From Octopus vulgaris (lineage: Eukaryota): a DNA stretch of 64,000 nt. The notes under the pieces were generated by a model. The model saw only the letters and a list, made by a program, of their open reading frames with translations. It did not search any database and was not told the origin of the DNA. How positions within the stretch are numbered: the first letter of the stretch is position 1; every line of letters starts with the position of its first letter. The translations under genes and the position numbers were made by a program. Positions 11,847 through 24,100 of the stretch are shown here, in pieces. Location: assembly GCA_951406725.2 (NCBI GenBank), contig OX597831.1, forward strand, positions 1,736,001 through 1,800,000. Direction: 5' to 3'.

Positions 11847-12109
11847 TCACCCACTACATTATTATTATTATTATTATTATTCCAACCCATATGGAAAGCG
11901 GACGTTAAATGATGATGATGATGATTATTATTATTATAATTTGAAATTTTTGCCACAAGGGCAGCTTGGGGGAGGTGGGGATGAGTTGATTACATTGATC
12001 CCAGTTTTCAATTGTTAGTTATTTTATCGCTCCGAAAAGGATGAAAGGCAAAGTCAACCTTGGCAGAATTTGAACAGTAATGATAACAATAATGATAACA
12101 ATAATGATA

Positions 12110-12298
12110 ATAATAATAATCCTTTCTACTATAGACACAAGGCCTGAAATTTTGGGGAGAGGTAAATCAATTACATCAACCCCAGAACTCAACTGCTACT
12201 GAATTTATCAACTGTGAAAGGATGAAAGGCTAAGTCAACAGGCAAAATACCGCTTGGCATTTCACCCAGCTCGCTAACGATTCTGCCAACTCATCACC

Positions 12299-12330
<32 letters not shown>

Positions 12331-13003
12331 CCTTTCTACTATAGACACAAGGCCTGAAATTTTGGGGAGAGGTAAATCAATTACATCAACCCCAGAACTC
12401 AACTGCTACTGAATTTATCAACTGTGAAAGGATGAAAGGCAAAGTCAACCTTATTTCTTTTTTGCCTACAAGGGGCTAAACATAGAGGGGACAAACAAGG
12501 ACAGACAAAGGGATTAAGTCAATTAGATCAACCCCAGTGTGTAACTGGTACTTAATTTATCAGCCTCGAAAGGATGAAAGGCAAAGTCGATCTCAGTGGA
12601 ATTTGAACTCAGAACGTAAGGGCAGTCGAAGTACCTATTTCTTTATTACCCACAAGGGGCTAAACATAGAGGGGACAAACAAGGACAGACATAGGTATTA
12701 AGTCGATTACATCGATCCCAGTGCGTTACTGGTACTTAATTTATCGACCCCGAAAGGATGAAAGGCAAAGTCGACCTCGGCGGAATTTGAACAATAATAA
12801 TGATGATGATGATTATAATAATCCTTTCTACTATAGGCACAAGGCCATAATCCTGGTGCTTGGCTGGTGCTTATTTTATCAACCCCGAAAGGATAAAAAG
12901 TAAAATTGACCTCGGCAGCATTTGAACTCAGAATGTAAAACCAGAAGAAATGCTGCTCAGCATTTTGTCTGTTGCAATAACGATTCTGCCAGCTCATTGC
13001 CTT
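12110..13003 (-). mobile_element. Cluster of family A SINE fragments, including a local duplication with 210-bp period and a dimer
   Basis: 12110-12239 and 12320-12449 are almost identical. A dimer lies at 12452-12791. Confidence 0.75.
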
Positions 13004-13067
13004 AATAATGATGATAATATGATAATAATAACAATAATAATGATAATTTTTTTTTTCTTTTTTGCAG

Positions 13068-13110
13068 CACTGGGTTGATCCAACAAAGTTACTTAAGAAA
13101 CAAGTCAAAA
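13068..13110 (+). CDS. EPB41L5: Internal coding exon (43 nt, phase 0-1): HWVDPTKLLKKQVK
   Basis: Long T tract plus tgcAG acceptor and GTAAGT donor at 13111. It is in frame with the previous exon and matches the FERM-N HWLDxxKxIKKQ motif. Confidence 0.93.
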
Positions 13111-13409
13111 GTAAGTAACATTTGTTTCATTATTGGGGAGGTGTGGAAAGAGGCAATTTTTTTTTTTGCTTTTATTTTTTGAAACTCTCTATGAAAAGTT
13201 GAAACTGTTGTTATTGTTATTGGTGTCATTATTTTTTTATGTGGTTTAGCCCCAGGTCAGCCCTGACTATGCAGTCGACCTAAGATTAAAGGCATTCCAT
13301 TCTTGACCATTCCATCTTTTTGTAAACCTAGGACTATGTTTACATTGCCCAAGGTATTGTCTGTCCTTTCCATTTGAAGATGTTAAGTTGTAATTTTGCT
13401 GCTGTTTCT

Positions 13410-13640
13410 TGATTCTTTATTGCCCACAAGGGGCTAAACATAGAAGGGACAAACAAGGACAGACAAAGGGATTAAGTCGATTAGATCGACCCCAGTGCAT
13501 AACTGGTACTTAATTTATTGACCCCGAAAGTATGAAAGGCAAAGTCGACCGTGGCGGAATTTGAACTCAGAACGTAATGGCAGACGAAATACCGCTAAGC
13601 ATTTCGCCCAGTGTGCTAACGTTTCTGCCAGCTCACCGCC
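13410..13640 (-). mobile_element. SINE family A with 16-bp TSD ttttgctgctgtttct
   Basis: TSD at 13394-13409 and 13641-13656. Confidence 0.88.
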
Positions 13641-14360
13641 TTTTGCTGCTGTTTCTACCAGGTCTACATAGAAGCTACCTCGTTTGTTTGCATCATTGAT
13701 GCTGCTGTTGTTTCTGATGAGGTTAAGAGTGTAGCCTCTGGTCAGCCCTCATCAAACAGCAAACTTAAGATCAAAGACATCCTAGCCATGACCATCCAAT
13801 TTTTTCGTTTGTTCTCAGAAACAGTGTATCAATATCATTCTGTTTTTTTTTTTCTTTTTCCATATTTTTGCAGACATTAAGTTTTGAAGTATATATTTAA
13901 CTGCTATTTCTTGCAAATCTAGTGACTACATAGAAATTCTGTTATTGTTGTTGTTGATGATAGTGGTGGTGGTGGTGGAGATGATAGTGATTATGTAAAC
14001 TAATTTCTGTACATGACACATTGTTGTGTTGGTGCCAGTTCTCTCTCTGTTTCTCTTCCCCTCTTTTCTCGCCTCTCTTTCTCTCTTTGCTTTCCTTTAA
14101 TTTGAACTTACTATCCACCTACATTGTTAGACATTAAAGTTCTGTGAAAAACGTACAAATATCAAAGTTCATGGTTACTTACGTACACACACACACGTAC
14201 TTGTATATATATATATACGCATACATTTTTACATGTCAAATGTGCTGTTGTATTTGAGTCTAATTTCAATACACATTGCCCTTTTGTCTTCCACCTACAC
14301 CATATTTCAGTCATTATAATGAGCGTAAATGCACACACTCAGTGGTATGGCTATATGGGA

Positions 14361-14590
14361 GAGGCGAGCTGGCAGAAACGTTAGCACGCCGGGTGAAATG
14401 CGTTGCCGTATTTCGTCTGCTGTTACGTTCTGAGTTCAAATTCCGCCGAGGTCGACTTTGCCTTTCATCCTTCCGGGGTCGATAAATTAAGTACCAGTTA
14501 CGTACTGGGGTCAATGTAATCGATTTAATCCCTTTGCCTGTCCTTGTTTGTCTCCTCTGTGTTTAACCCCTTATGGGTAGTAAAGAAATA
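14361..14590 (+). mobile_element. SINE family A with TSD tatatgggagaggc
   Basis: TSD at 14352 and 14591; near-consensus, CpG-rich copy. Confidence 0.88.
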
Positions 14591-14895
14591 TATATGGGAG
14601 AGGCTACTGAATGAAAATACATTGGAGAAAGGACTACTTACTCTATGTAGGCACAACAGAAGGACCAGATAATGCAAGTTAAAAGCTGCATAGCCTGATG
14701 TGCAATGAGGCAATTACAAAAGCTGTTAGCTATTAGTAAACCACTATATCTTGGAGAAAGGCGTTTCACAAGTAGCCTGGTAGTCACTAAGAAAACTAGG
14801 TGTAGATAAATGACCTGTAAGAGCTGTGTAAACCATGTACAGATATGGTCAGTGCGGTAGGATTTAACAGTGGGTTCAACAAAAAAATTAGTATA

Positions 14896-15292
14896 GGCGC
14901 AGGAGTGGCTGTGTGGTAAGTAGCTTGCTAACCAACCACATGGTTCCGGGTTCAGTCCCACTGTGTGGCATCTTGGGCAAGTGTCTTCTGCTATAGCCCC
15001 GGGCCAACCAATGCCTTGTGAGTGGATTTGGTAGACGGAAACTGAAAGAAGCCTGTCGTATATATGTATATATGTGTGTGTGTATATGTTTGTGTGTCTG
15101 TGTTTGTCCCCCTAGCATTGCTTGACAACCGATGCTGGTGTGTTTACGTCCCCGTCACTTAGCGGTTCGGCAAAAGAGACCGATAGAATAAGTACTGGGC
15201 TTACAAAGAATAAGTCCCGGGGTCGATTTGCTTGACTAAAGGCGGTGCTCCAGCATGGCCGCAGTCAAATGACTGAAACAAGTAAAAGAGAA
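14896..15292 (+). mobile_element. Full-length SINE family B (also 31650-32060, 23412-23720 minus, and many fragments)
   Basis: tRNA-like head with TGGCTGTGTGG and GGTTCAGTCCC boxes, internal TA/TG microsatellite and 3' ...gactgaaacaagtaaaag. Confidence 0.85.
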
Positions 15293-16083
15293 AGATGGTC
15301 TAATACAGTGTATTCTTGATTATATTAAAAGACTTGATCAGATTGTGTATCCTGAGCCTTTGATCATAGCTCTAGTTGATCAGGGCTTAACACCATCATC
15401 ACCACCACCACCAGCCGTTGTAATGTAATCCCAACTTAATCCTAATTCTAACCCAATATCCCCATAGTGTTGAATGTCCTCAGATTAATATGATTCTGTA
15501 GTTTTTAGCTCTTTCTCATTAACTTGTCCATAGTTTTTCTTTTAAATCTCTTATTAGTTTCAGTTGTTGAACTGTGTCCAAGCTGGAGCATGTACTCCAG
15601 TACTTATTTTATCAAACTCAGAAAGATGAAAGGCAAAATAGTACATAGGTAAGATTTAATCTTAGGATCTTTCTTTTATGAGAATGATCCTATCATTAGA
15701 CTGCGGCCATGCTGGGGTACTGCCTTGAAGAATTTTTAGTCAAATGAATCAATCCTAGTTCTTTCTTTTTTAATGTCTGATGCTTATTCTATCAACCTCT
15801 TTTGCCAGACCACTAAGATATGGGGATGTAAACACACCAACACCAGTTGTCAAACAGTGGAGGTGGGGAAACACACATACTCATATATATCGTCGTCGTT
15901 GTTTAACGTCCACTTTCCATGCTGGCATGGGTTGGATGGTTTGACTGAGAACTGGTAGGCCAGGAGGCTGCACCAGGCTCCAATCTGATTTGGCAAGGTT
16001 TCTACAGATCTATTTATACGTGTGTGTGTGTGTGTATGTGTGCAGACATACATGATAGGCATCTTTAAGTCTTTCAATTTCTT

Positions 16084-16315
16084 ATTTCTTTATTGCCCAC
16101 AAGGAGACTAAACATAGAGGGGACAAACAAAGACAAACAAAGGGATTAAGTCAATTACATCGACCCCAGTGCATAACTTGTACTTAATTTATCAACCCTG
16201 AAAGGATGAAAGGCAAAGTCGACCTTGGCAGAATTTGAACTCAGGATGTAACGGAAGATGAAATACCGCTAAGCATTTTGCCCGGCATGCTAACATTTCT
16301 GCCGGCTCACTGCCT
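16084..16315 (-). mobile_element. SINE family A
   Basis: Full-length match to the family; nested in a family B fragment. Confidence 0.8.
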
Positions 16316-17094
16316 TTTTCTTTCAGTTTCTATCTACTAAGTCTACTCACAAAGTTTTGGTCAGCTCAAGGCTATAGCAGAAGACACTTGCCCAAGGGGG
16401 CTGAACCTGGAAGTATGTGGTTGAGAAGCAAGTTTCTACCGCATAGCCACACCTACGCCTTTGTAAATAAAGGATGTAAATGAATCTTGTTTAATACACA
16501 CCAATTTTACCATCTACTCACCATATTTATATAATCCATACAATAATGTTCATATATTTCTTACATGAAAACCATATTTACATTTTCTTCTGCTCTTTCA
16601 AAATTCTTTTCTGAAGTTACTAATCCTGTTTCAAAACCTGGACATTTTTCTGCTTACACATTGCATATCACAACATGTCATATGTAAATACTGTCTTAAC
16701 CTACTTACAGTGAAGTCATTGTTTCTCCTTGTATCGATGTTTGTCTTGGTTGTTGAGTTTGCACCTCCACCATCTGTCTATAGCCTTTATCAATGTCAGA
16801 GTCGTTCAACTTGTTTTATTGCATGCTAACAAGAGAGCCCTTAGGTAGTCACATGATATGCTAGAGCAAGCAGTCAAATCTCAACTCAAACCACATCTCA
16901 CTACCTTTAATATGTAGTTACCTGACCTGGTAGCAATAGCAGTCAAATCCCAAATTGAACTATTCCTTACCCTCTTAGCAAACCAATGAGAGAGCCCTTA
17001 TATAGCGACTTGACCTGGTAGCAATCAAATCTAACCTGAACCACATTTTAATGAGCCGATCAGAAGACTCCTATGTGGTTCATAAGACCTGCTT

Positions 17095-17243
17095 TTATAA
17101 TTTAACACACTCACTGGTTAAATTTCCACTTATTCCTTATTTTTATTTTCCTAAAATTTTCATTGCGTCTTACAACTTTTTCAATAGGAAAATAAAAATA
17201 AGGAATAAGTGGAAATTTTACTGGTGAGTGTGTTAAATTATAA
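17095..17243. repeat. Palindrome with 59-nt arms; the same family occurs single-armed at about 46745-46875
   Basis: 17095-17153 is the reverse complement of 17185-17243 with few mismatches. Confidence 0.85.
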
Positions 17244-19294
17244 GGCACAAAAAGAAAATAACTCTCCTCAGACACAGCATAATTGCTTCAAATAAAAAGG
17301 ACAGTTGGATAATGAAATCATTTTGTGTTTTATTCTGTGTATTATACCTGTACTTTGGTCTATCATTGCTGCCTTTCTTTATTATAATTTCTGTCCTTTC
17401 TTTTACTCTTTTCTGAAAAGTTGTAGCACACCTGAGTATTATCTACATTAAGTTCATTATTATAAAGTACACTGTTAGGTGCAAGCATGGATGTGTGGTT
17501 AAGAAGCTTGTTTTCCAAGCACATGGTTTCAGGTTCATTTCCACTGCACAGCACCTTGAGCAAGTTTCTTTCGTTATAGCTCCAGATCAACTAATGTTTT
17601 ATGAGTGAATTTGGTGAAGCTCATTGTGTGTACATGTCTGTCTATGTGTGTCCTTGTGTCTGTCTCTACCCACTCCAGCCATCATGTGACAATTGATGTT
17701 GGTTTGTTTACATCCCCGTTACTTAGGAGTTCAGCAAAAAATACTGCTAGAATAAGTGCAAGACTTTAAAAAAATAAATAAATACTTGGGTTAATTTGTC
17801 CGACTAAAATCCTTCAAGGTTGTACCACAGCATGGCTGCAGTCCAATAATCAAAACAAGCGATAAAAATATAATCTAGAAAAATAAAATGGGATTGTCAC
17901 GGATGGAATGTCTTTGCACGTAGCTCTGTCTGAGCAGTGCTGATCCAGAGCTAAACAAACAATAGCTAATTGTTTTATGATAACCCTGAAAATATAGGTT
18001 AACTACAAAAAACCCAACAAAGATAGTTGTGTGTATTCTGAAATCATTGTGCTGGCATTGATAGAATTATTAGTAAATTTCTATTATCCTTCTATAATTA
18101 CCATTATTTACTTTTAATTCTTGTTCTTTGTTACAATGTTTCTCTTGTACGCTGGGTTTTGCCCATTTCCGTTGTAGAATCTGGTTTAACGACATGGTTA
18201 GAAACACACCTAATGTTTTCTCTTGGGATTCATGTCAGTGAATGTGTGTATATGTGCATGTGTGTTTATAATGACTACCTATGTATATGTGTGAGCATGT
18301 AGGCACTTGTATTTTTTGTGCGTGTGTGCTTATAATGAATACATGTGTATTTGTGTGAGCATGTAGGTAGATGTGTGTATTTATGTGAATGTATGTATAT
18401 GCATATATACATGCAGTATATATATGTATATATTTTGTGCGTGTGTGCTTATATATATATATATGTGTGTGTGTGTATGTATATGCATATATACATGCAG
18501 TATATATATGTATATATGTTATATATATATATATATGTGTGTGTGTGTATATATATAATATGCATGTATGTATTTGTAGGAATGTATATGGTTATGTATG
18601 TGTGTTTATGCATGCATGCACATGTATGCGTATATATTTGAGCATTTATTCATCAGTGTGTGTGTATGTATGCATGTATGTATGTATGTATGTATAGTCT
18701 GTATATATGCATGTGCTTAGATATATTTATCTGTCCATAATGTGTGTGTGTGAGAGAGAGAGAGAGGTGAGTGTGTGCACATATTTACACACACTGTCTC
18801 TCACATGCATACTCAAATAACAGTATGAGATCACTAGCTACAACCTGCAATTAACTGGATCATTAATATTTTAACATTTGTGTTCCATTAGTCACACATA
18901 GTTGATCACTAGCTCTACTGAAGTGGGTAGAGTATCAGTCTACCTACTTAGGGAGTCAAAATGGCCAGTGCTTCACAGCTCATATACTCTGACTTGTGTG
19001 ATGTGTTCTTGACAAGAACATTGCCATTAAGTATTTTCAACGTTAACTTAACTTATTCTTCTTCCTTCAGATGACACTTTTGGTTAATTTTTCCACAGTG
19101 GTATCTTCTCTGAGATATTTTATTTATCTACGTCAACCAGTGTGCTTTATTGTACATTTACTTATTGATTTTTTTTTTCATCCCTGCTTCTGCCTTGCTG
19201 TACAGAACTGTTGAAATCTTTGCCAAACTTTATTGAAGATCAACACACATGCATGCATGCACATGACTGAATGGTTACCAGATATGCATAGCAT

Positions 19295-19709
19295 AGGCGG
19301 TGAGCTGGCAGAAACATTAGCATGCCGGGCGAAATGCTTAGCGGTATTTCGTCTGCCGCTACGTTCTGAGTTCAAATTCCGCCGAGGTTGACTTCGCCTT
19401 TCATCCTTTCGGGGTCGATTAAATAAGTACCAGTTACACACTGGGGTCGATATAATCGACTTAATCCATTTGTCTGTCCTTGGTTGTCCTCCCTGTGTTT
19501 AGCCCCTTGTGGGTAGTAAAGAAATAGGTATTTCGTCTGCCGCTACATTCTGAGTTCAAATTCTGCCGAGGTCGACTTTGCCTTTCATCCTTTCGGGGTC
19601 GATTAAATAAGTACCAGTTAAACACTGGGGTCGATCTAATCGACTTAATCCCTTTGTCTGTCCTTGTTTGTCCTCCCTGTGTTTAGCCCCTTGTGGGTAG
19701 TAAAGAAAT
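19295..19709 (+). mobile_element. SINE family A dimer with 15-bp TSD agatatgcatagcat
   Basis: The TSD at 19280 and 19710 encloses both monomers. Confidence 0.88.
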
Positions 19710-20704
19710 AGATATGCATAGCATCTTTAATGTAGTTCTGAAGGAGATTCAGCATGAAACAGAATGCAACAAGGCTGGCCCTTTGAAATACTGTTCCTAC
19801 TCATTTTTACAAGCTGCATTGACTGAAGCAATGTGAAATAAAGTTTCTTGCTCAAGGACACAATGCTAGACCAGGAATTGAACTCATGACCCTACAATCA
19901 TCAACTGAATATCCCTAACCACTAAGCCACATGCTTTCACAACCATCACTACAGCCGTTCAAGAATTTGGACCTGGAGATCTCCATTTCCAGTGACTTCG
20001 AAGGCCACCTCCCAGTGGTGCCGAGCGTCAACGAAGAGCCCTTGACTACAACAAAACGACCAAAGTTTTTTTTTTTTTTCCAAGTTCTGGGGTCTCCTGC
20101 CCCTAAGCCCTAGACTATCACCTAATCCCCCTTACCCATCTTGTTGCTTAACAACAACAACAACTATCACTACAACCAACAGCATGACCACAATGAACAG
20201 CGCTGCCACAATCACTGTTTCCACCTCTGAGTGACTCTGTCAAGGCACCAATCATTCGTCACAGAAAGGCATAGCATTCACAACTTAGTAATCACAACTA
20301 GTTATTGTATTTCCTTTGTCCTTTCCCATGCAGTAAATATTTCAATTATTTACATGTTAAAAAACAATAGTATAACAGGAGATCTCAGATAACAGGCATT
20401 TAACTGACTTTGATGGTTGGTTGTGGTGGTGATGGTTAGTGGTGGTGTTGGCAGTCGTGGGGTTGGTAATGGTAGTCGTTGTGTTATGATGGTGTTGGCA
20501 GTTGTGGTGGTGGTGTTGGTGAAGTTGGTTGCAGTGGTGGTGGTGGTGGTGTTATCAGTTATGGCGTTGCTGATTCTGGTGGTGTTAGTTGTAATGGTCA
20601 CAGTGGTGATTACAATAGCTCTGGTACTAGTATGTGGTAATTATGATGGTTGTAGTAGTAGCATTGTCACTGAACTTCAACATCAACTTTCATCAAACTA
20701 ACCT

Positions 20705-20924
20705 ATGATCAAAAGCGTTCCAGTAGTGACCATCCCATTCATTTCTAAATGATCAAAAGCGTTCCAGTAGTGACCATCCCATTCATTTTTAAATGATCAA
20801 AAGTGTTCCAGTAGTGACCATCCCATTCATTTTTAAATGATCAAAAGCGTTCCAGTAGTGACCATCCCATTCATTTTTAAATGATCAAAAGTGTTCCAGT
20901 AGTGACCACCCCATTCATTTTTAA
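20705..20924. repeat. Minisatellite, 5 x 44 bp
   Basis: Unit atgatcaaaag(c/t)gttccagtagtgaccatcccattcatttttaa at 20705, 20749, 20793, 20837 and 20881. Confidence 0.95.
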
Positions 20925-21160
20925 AGGCATCAAGAACTACATTATTTAATGTCCTTCCCTTTTTTTTAATAAAACCATATGTAATTTAACCCATTAGCAT
21001 TTAGACCAACTATATCTGGCCCAAATATTCTACCTGTTTTATGTTCAAGCTGGCCAGATCCAACATCTCACACCTACCCTGCAATGTTATTCTAAAATTA
21101 AAGTTACATCTTTGGAATCTCTCACCTACAAGACATTACAATTTGAATTTTCAATAAATA

Positions 21161-21205
<45 letters not shown>

Positions 21206-21340
21206 ATGTATATATTATTATGTATATATATATAATATTATTTTTGAATGGCGGTGCCCCAGCATGGCCACAGCTCATGAGCTGAAACTAGATAAAATAT
21301 AAAATATAAAAAATATATAAATATATATAATATTATTATG

Positions 21341-21375
<35 letters not shown>

Positions 21376-21384
21376 TAATATTAT

Positions 21385-21424
<40 letters not shown>

Positions 21425-21446
21425 TTTATATATATGATATTATTAT

Positions 21447-21492
<46 letters not shown>

Positions 21493-22461
21493 TTATTATG
21501 TGTATATATATATAATATTATTATTATGTATATATATATATATATATTGAATATATTATTTATTCACACACACACACACACACAGCTCTTATCCAGCAGA
21601 CCTATGATGAAAGGTATTCCAGCCGTGGCCATCCTGTCTTTTGCCTCTTTGTAGAGTATCCTGGACCACATTATCCAGTGTGTATTATATTCTAAGACAG
21701 AGCTCTGTGAGTTGAATCTGTGGGAGACTCAGCTGCTATTTCTGGTAGTTTGAGCAACAACAGATGTTCCTCTCGGTTTTTCTTTCATCATTGTTGTGAG
21801 GGTAGGTTATGTTGATGACGATGGTGTTAATGATGATACTGATTAATGGTAGGTTTATATTGATGATTGTGATAGTGATGATGGATGGCCTCTGTAACAT
21901 TTAAATTCAACAGTAAACATTGTCCTCAATACTATTCTCTATTATCTTTGTAATTTCGGAACAAACTAAATGTGAAGAGTTGAAAATTAATTTCACATCT
22001 TTCCCTCATTATATAATCTTATTTGTCCTTGGAACGTCATCCCCCTCCCATCTATTGCCTTTGAGGGTGGTTAAAGGAATCATTATTTTTATCTTTATTG
22101 TTTTTGTTATTGTTATTATTGGGATGCTTGAGTAGTTGAGTGGTTAAGAAGTCCACTTCATAATCATTAGGTCACAGGTTCAATCCCAGTGTGCACCATC
22201 TGAAGCAAAAGTCTTTCAAAAAAACTTTGAGTTGGCCCAAACTTTGTGAGAGAAATTTGGTTAGCAGAAACTGCATAGAAATATTATCATCATCATCATC
22301 ATCATTTAATGTCTGCTTGGCATGGGTTGGGTGGCTTCAGAAGAACTGATAAGGCTAGGGGCTGCACCAGGTTCCATAGTCTATTTCAGCGAAATTTGAA
22401 CTTAGAATACTGCTAAGCATTTTGCCTGGTGTGCTAGTGATTCTCCCAGCTCGCCACCTTC

Positions 22462-22543
<82 letters not shown>
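22462..22543. repeat. (TAA)n microsatellite
   Basis: Directly visible. Confidence 0.95.
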
Positions 22544-22548
<5 letters not shown>

Positions 22549-22553
22549 CAACA

Positions 22554-22926
22554 ACAAGAGCACTCAGAAAGCGCAAAACCTCGCCGAGGCAACACCAACA
22601 TCTTCTCAACGATTAGCCAGAGATGATTTTTAAAATGTGAATATCTGAAATAAAATCAATTGCTCTCACAAATGAGAATACTAAAAATGAACCTGACTGC
22701 TCTCAAAAATTAAGTAAAAAAACAGGTAAATTATCCTGAATCCTTGTCCAGTACATGATTGATCCCAAAATTTAATGAGTTCATGCCAATCACAAGGCCA
22801 AGCATCCTTGAGTTTCATCCGAATCCATCCAGTGGTTCTTGAGATATCTTGTCCATGGACAAACGAATAAAAACAAACAAACACAACTGAAAACAATACC
22901 GCTACCTTCACTAAGGCAGAGTTAAT
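22554..22926 (+). mobile_element. Helentron-associated (HINE/DINE-1-like) non-autonomous element
   Basis: Starts acaagagcactcagaaagcgc, has a subterminal inverted repeat (acctcgcc...ggcagagtt) and an (AAAC)-type microsatellite near the 3' end. Confidence 0.55.
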
Positions 22927-23843
22927 AATGATTTTATGTCTAACTTCCATGCCAGCGTGGATTAGACAATTTCACAGAATCCAACAAGCTAGTGGACTGC
23001 GGCAAGCTTCAGTATCTAATTTGACGTGTTTTCCATGGCTGAATATCTTTCCTAAAGCTAACCATTTCTCAGAGTACACTGAGTGCATTTTTTCACAGCA
23101 CCAGCACAGGTGAGGTCACCAAGTAACTCACAAGTTGCTACCCCTACTCCTTGACTCAGATATAGTAAAAGAGGAAGTGGCTTTCTGCCAGATGGTAATA
23201 AAATGTATTTTAAATGCCTTCTGATTTAAGTGCTAAGCTAGCAATTTTGATACCATTGATCCAAGTACTTGACTGCTATTTTATTTTATCAACCCCACCG
23301 CCCTACACTCAGAAGAAAGACTTAAGTTGATCTTGGCAATATTTGTAAGAACAAATACCACAGAGCATTTATCAAAATGCTCTAATGATTCTATGGAAGA
23401 TTAACATAATCTCTTTTACTTGTTTCAGTCATTTGACTGCAGCCATGCTGGAGCACCACCTTTAGTCGAGCAAATCGACCCCAGGACTTATTCTTTGTAA
23501 GCCTAGTACTTATTGTATCAGTCTCTTTTGCCGAACCGTTAAGTTATGGGGATGTAAACACACCAGCATCAGTTGTCAAGAGATGCTGGAGGGACAAGCG
23601 CAGACACACACACACATATACATAACGGGCTTCTTTCAGTTTCCATCTACCAAATCCACTCAAAAGGCTACAGTAAAAGACACTTGCCCAAGCTACTTAC
23701 CACACAGCCACCCCTACGCCGGAGCCTCGTGGAGCTTTGGGTGTTTTCGCTCAAATAAACACTCACAATGCCCGGTCTGGGAATCGAAACTGTGATCCTA
23801 CGACTGCGAGTCCACAGCCCTAACCACTGGGCCATTGCGCCTC

Positions 23844-23899
<56 letters not shown>

Positions 23900-23906
<7 letters not shown>

Positions 23907-24100
23907 TAGAAAAAAACCACATGATTAAGTAATGTACAAAATAAATAAAAAATTTTATTTATTATTTCGTACATTACTTAATCATTATTATATGTTTCAT
24001 CTTATATTTAATCTTTCTATAAGGCGTAATTTTTCTAGATGGTATAATTTAATTTTTCATTATTGAATTGAAAAAAGGTGTTTTTTTATCTAATTTATAT
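23900..24100. repeat. (TA)n-flanked AT-rich element with an internal palindrome and inverted ends
   Basis: atgattaagtaatgtac pairs with gtacattacttaatcat; the ends ataaattaga and tctaatttat are inverted. Confidence 0.65.

Noticed and set aside
13064-13081. Exon start resembles the SINE A segment gcactggggtcgat, suggesting exonisation or pairing
   Set aside because: The match is only about 14 nt and encodes the conserved HW.D motif, so it is coincidental.
20705-20924. CRISPR-like regular repeats
   Set aside because: The units are contiguous with no unique spacers, there are no cas genes, and the context is eukaryotic.
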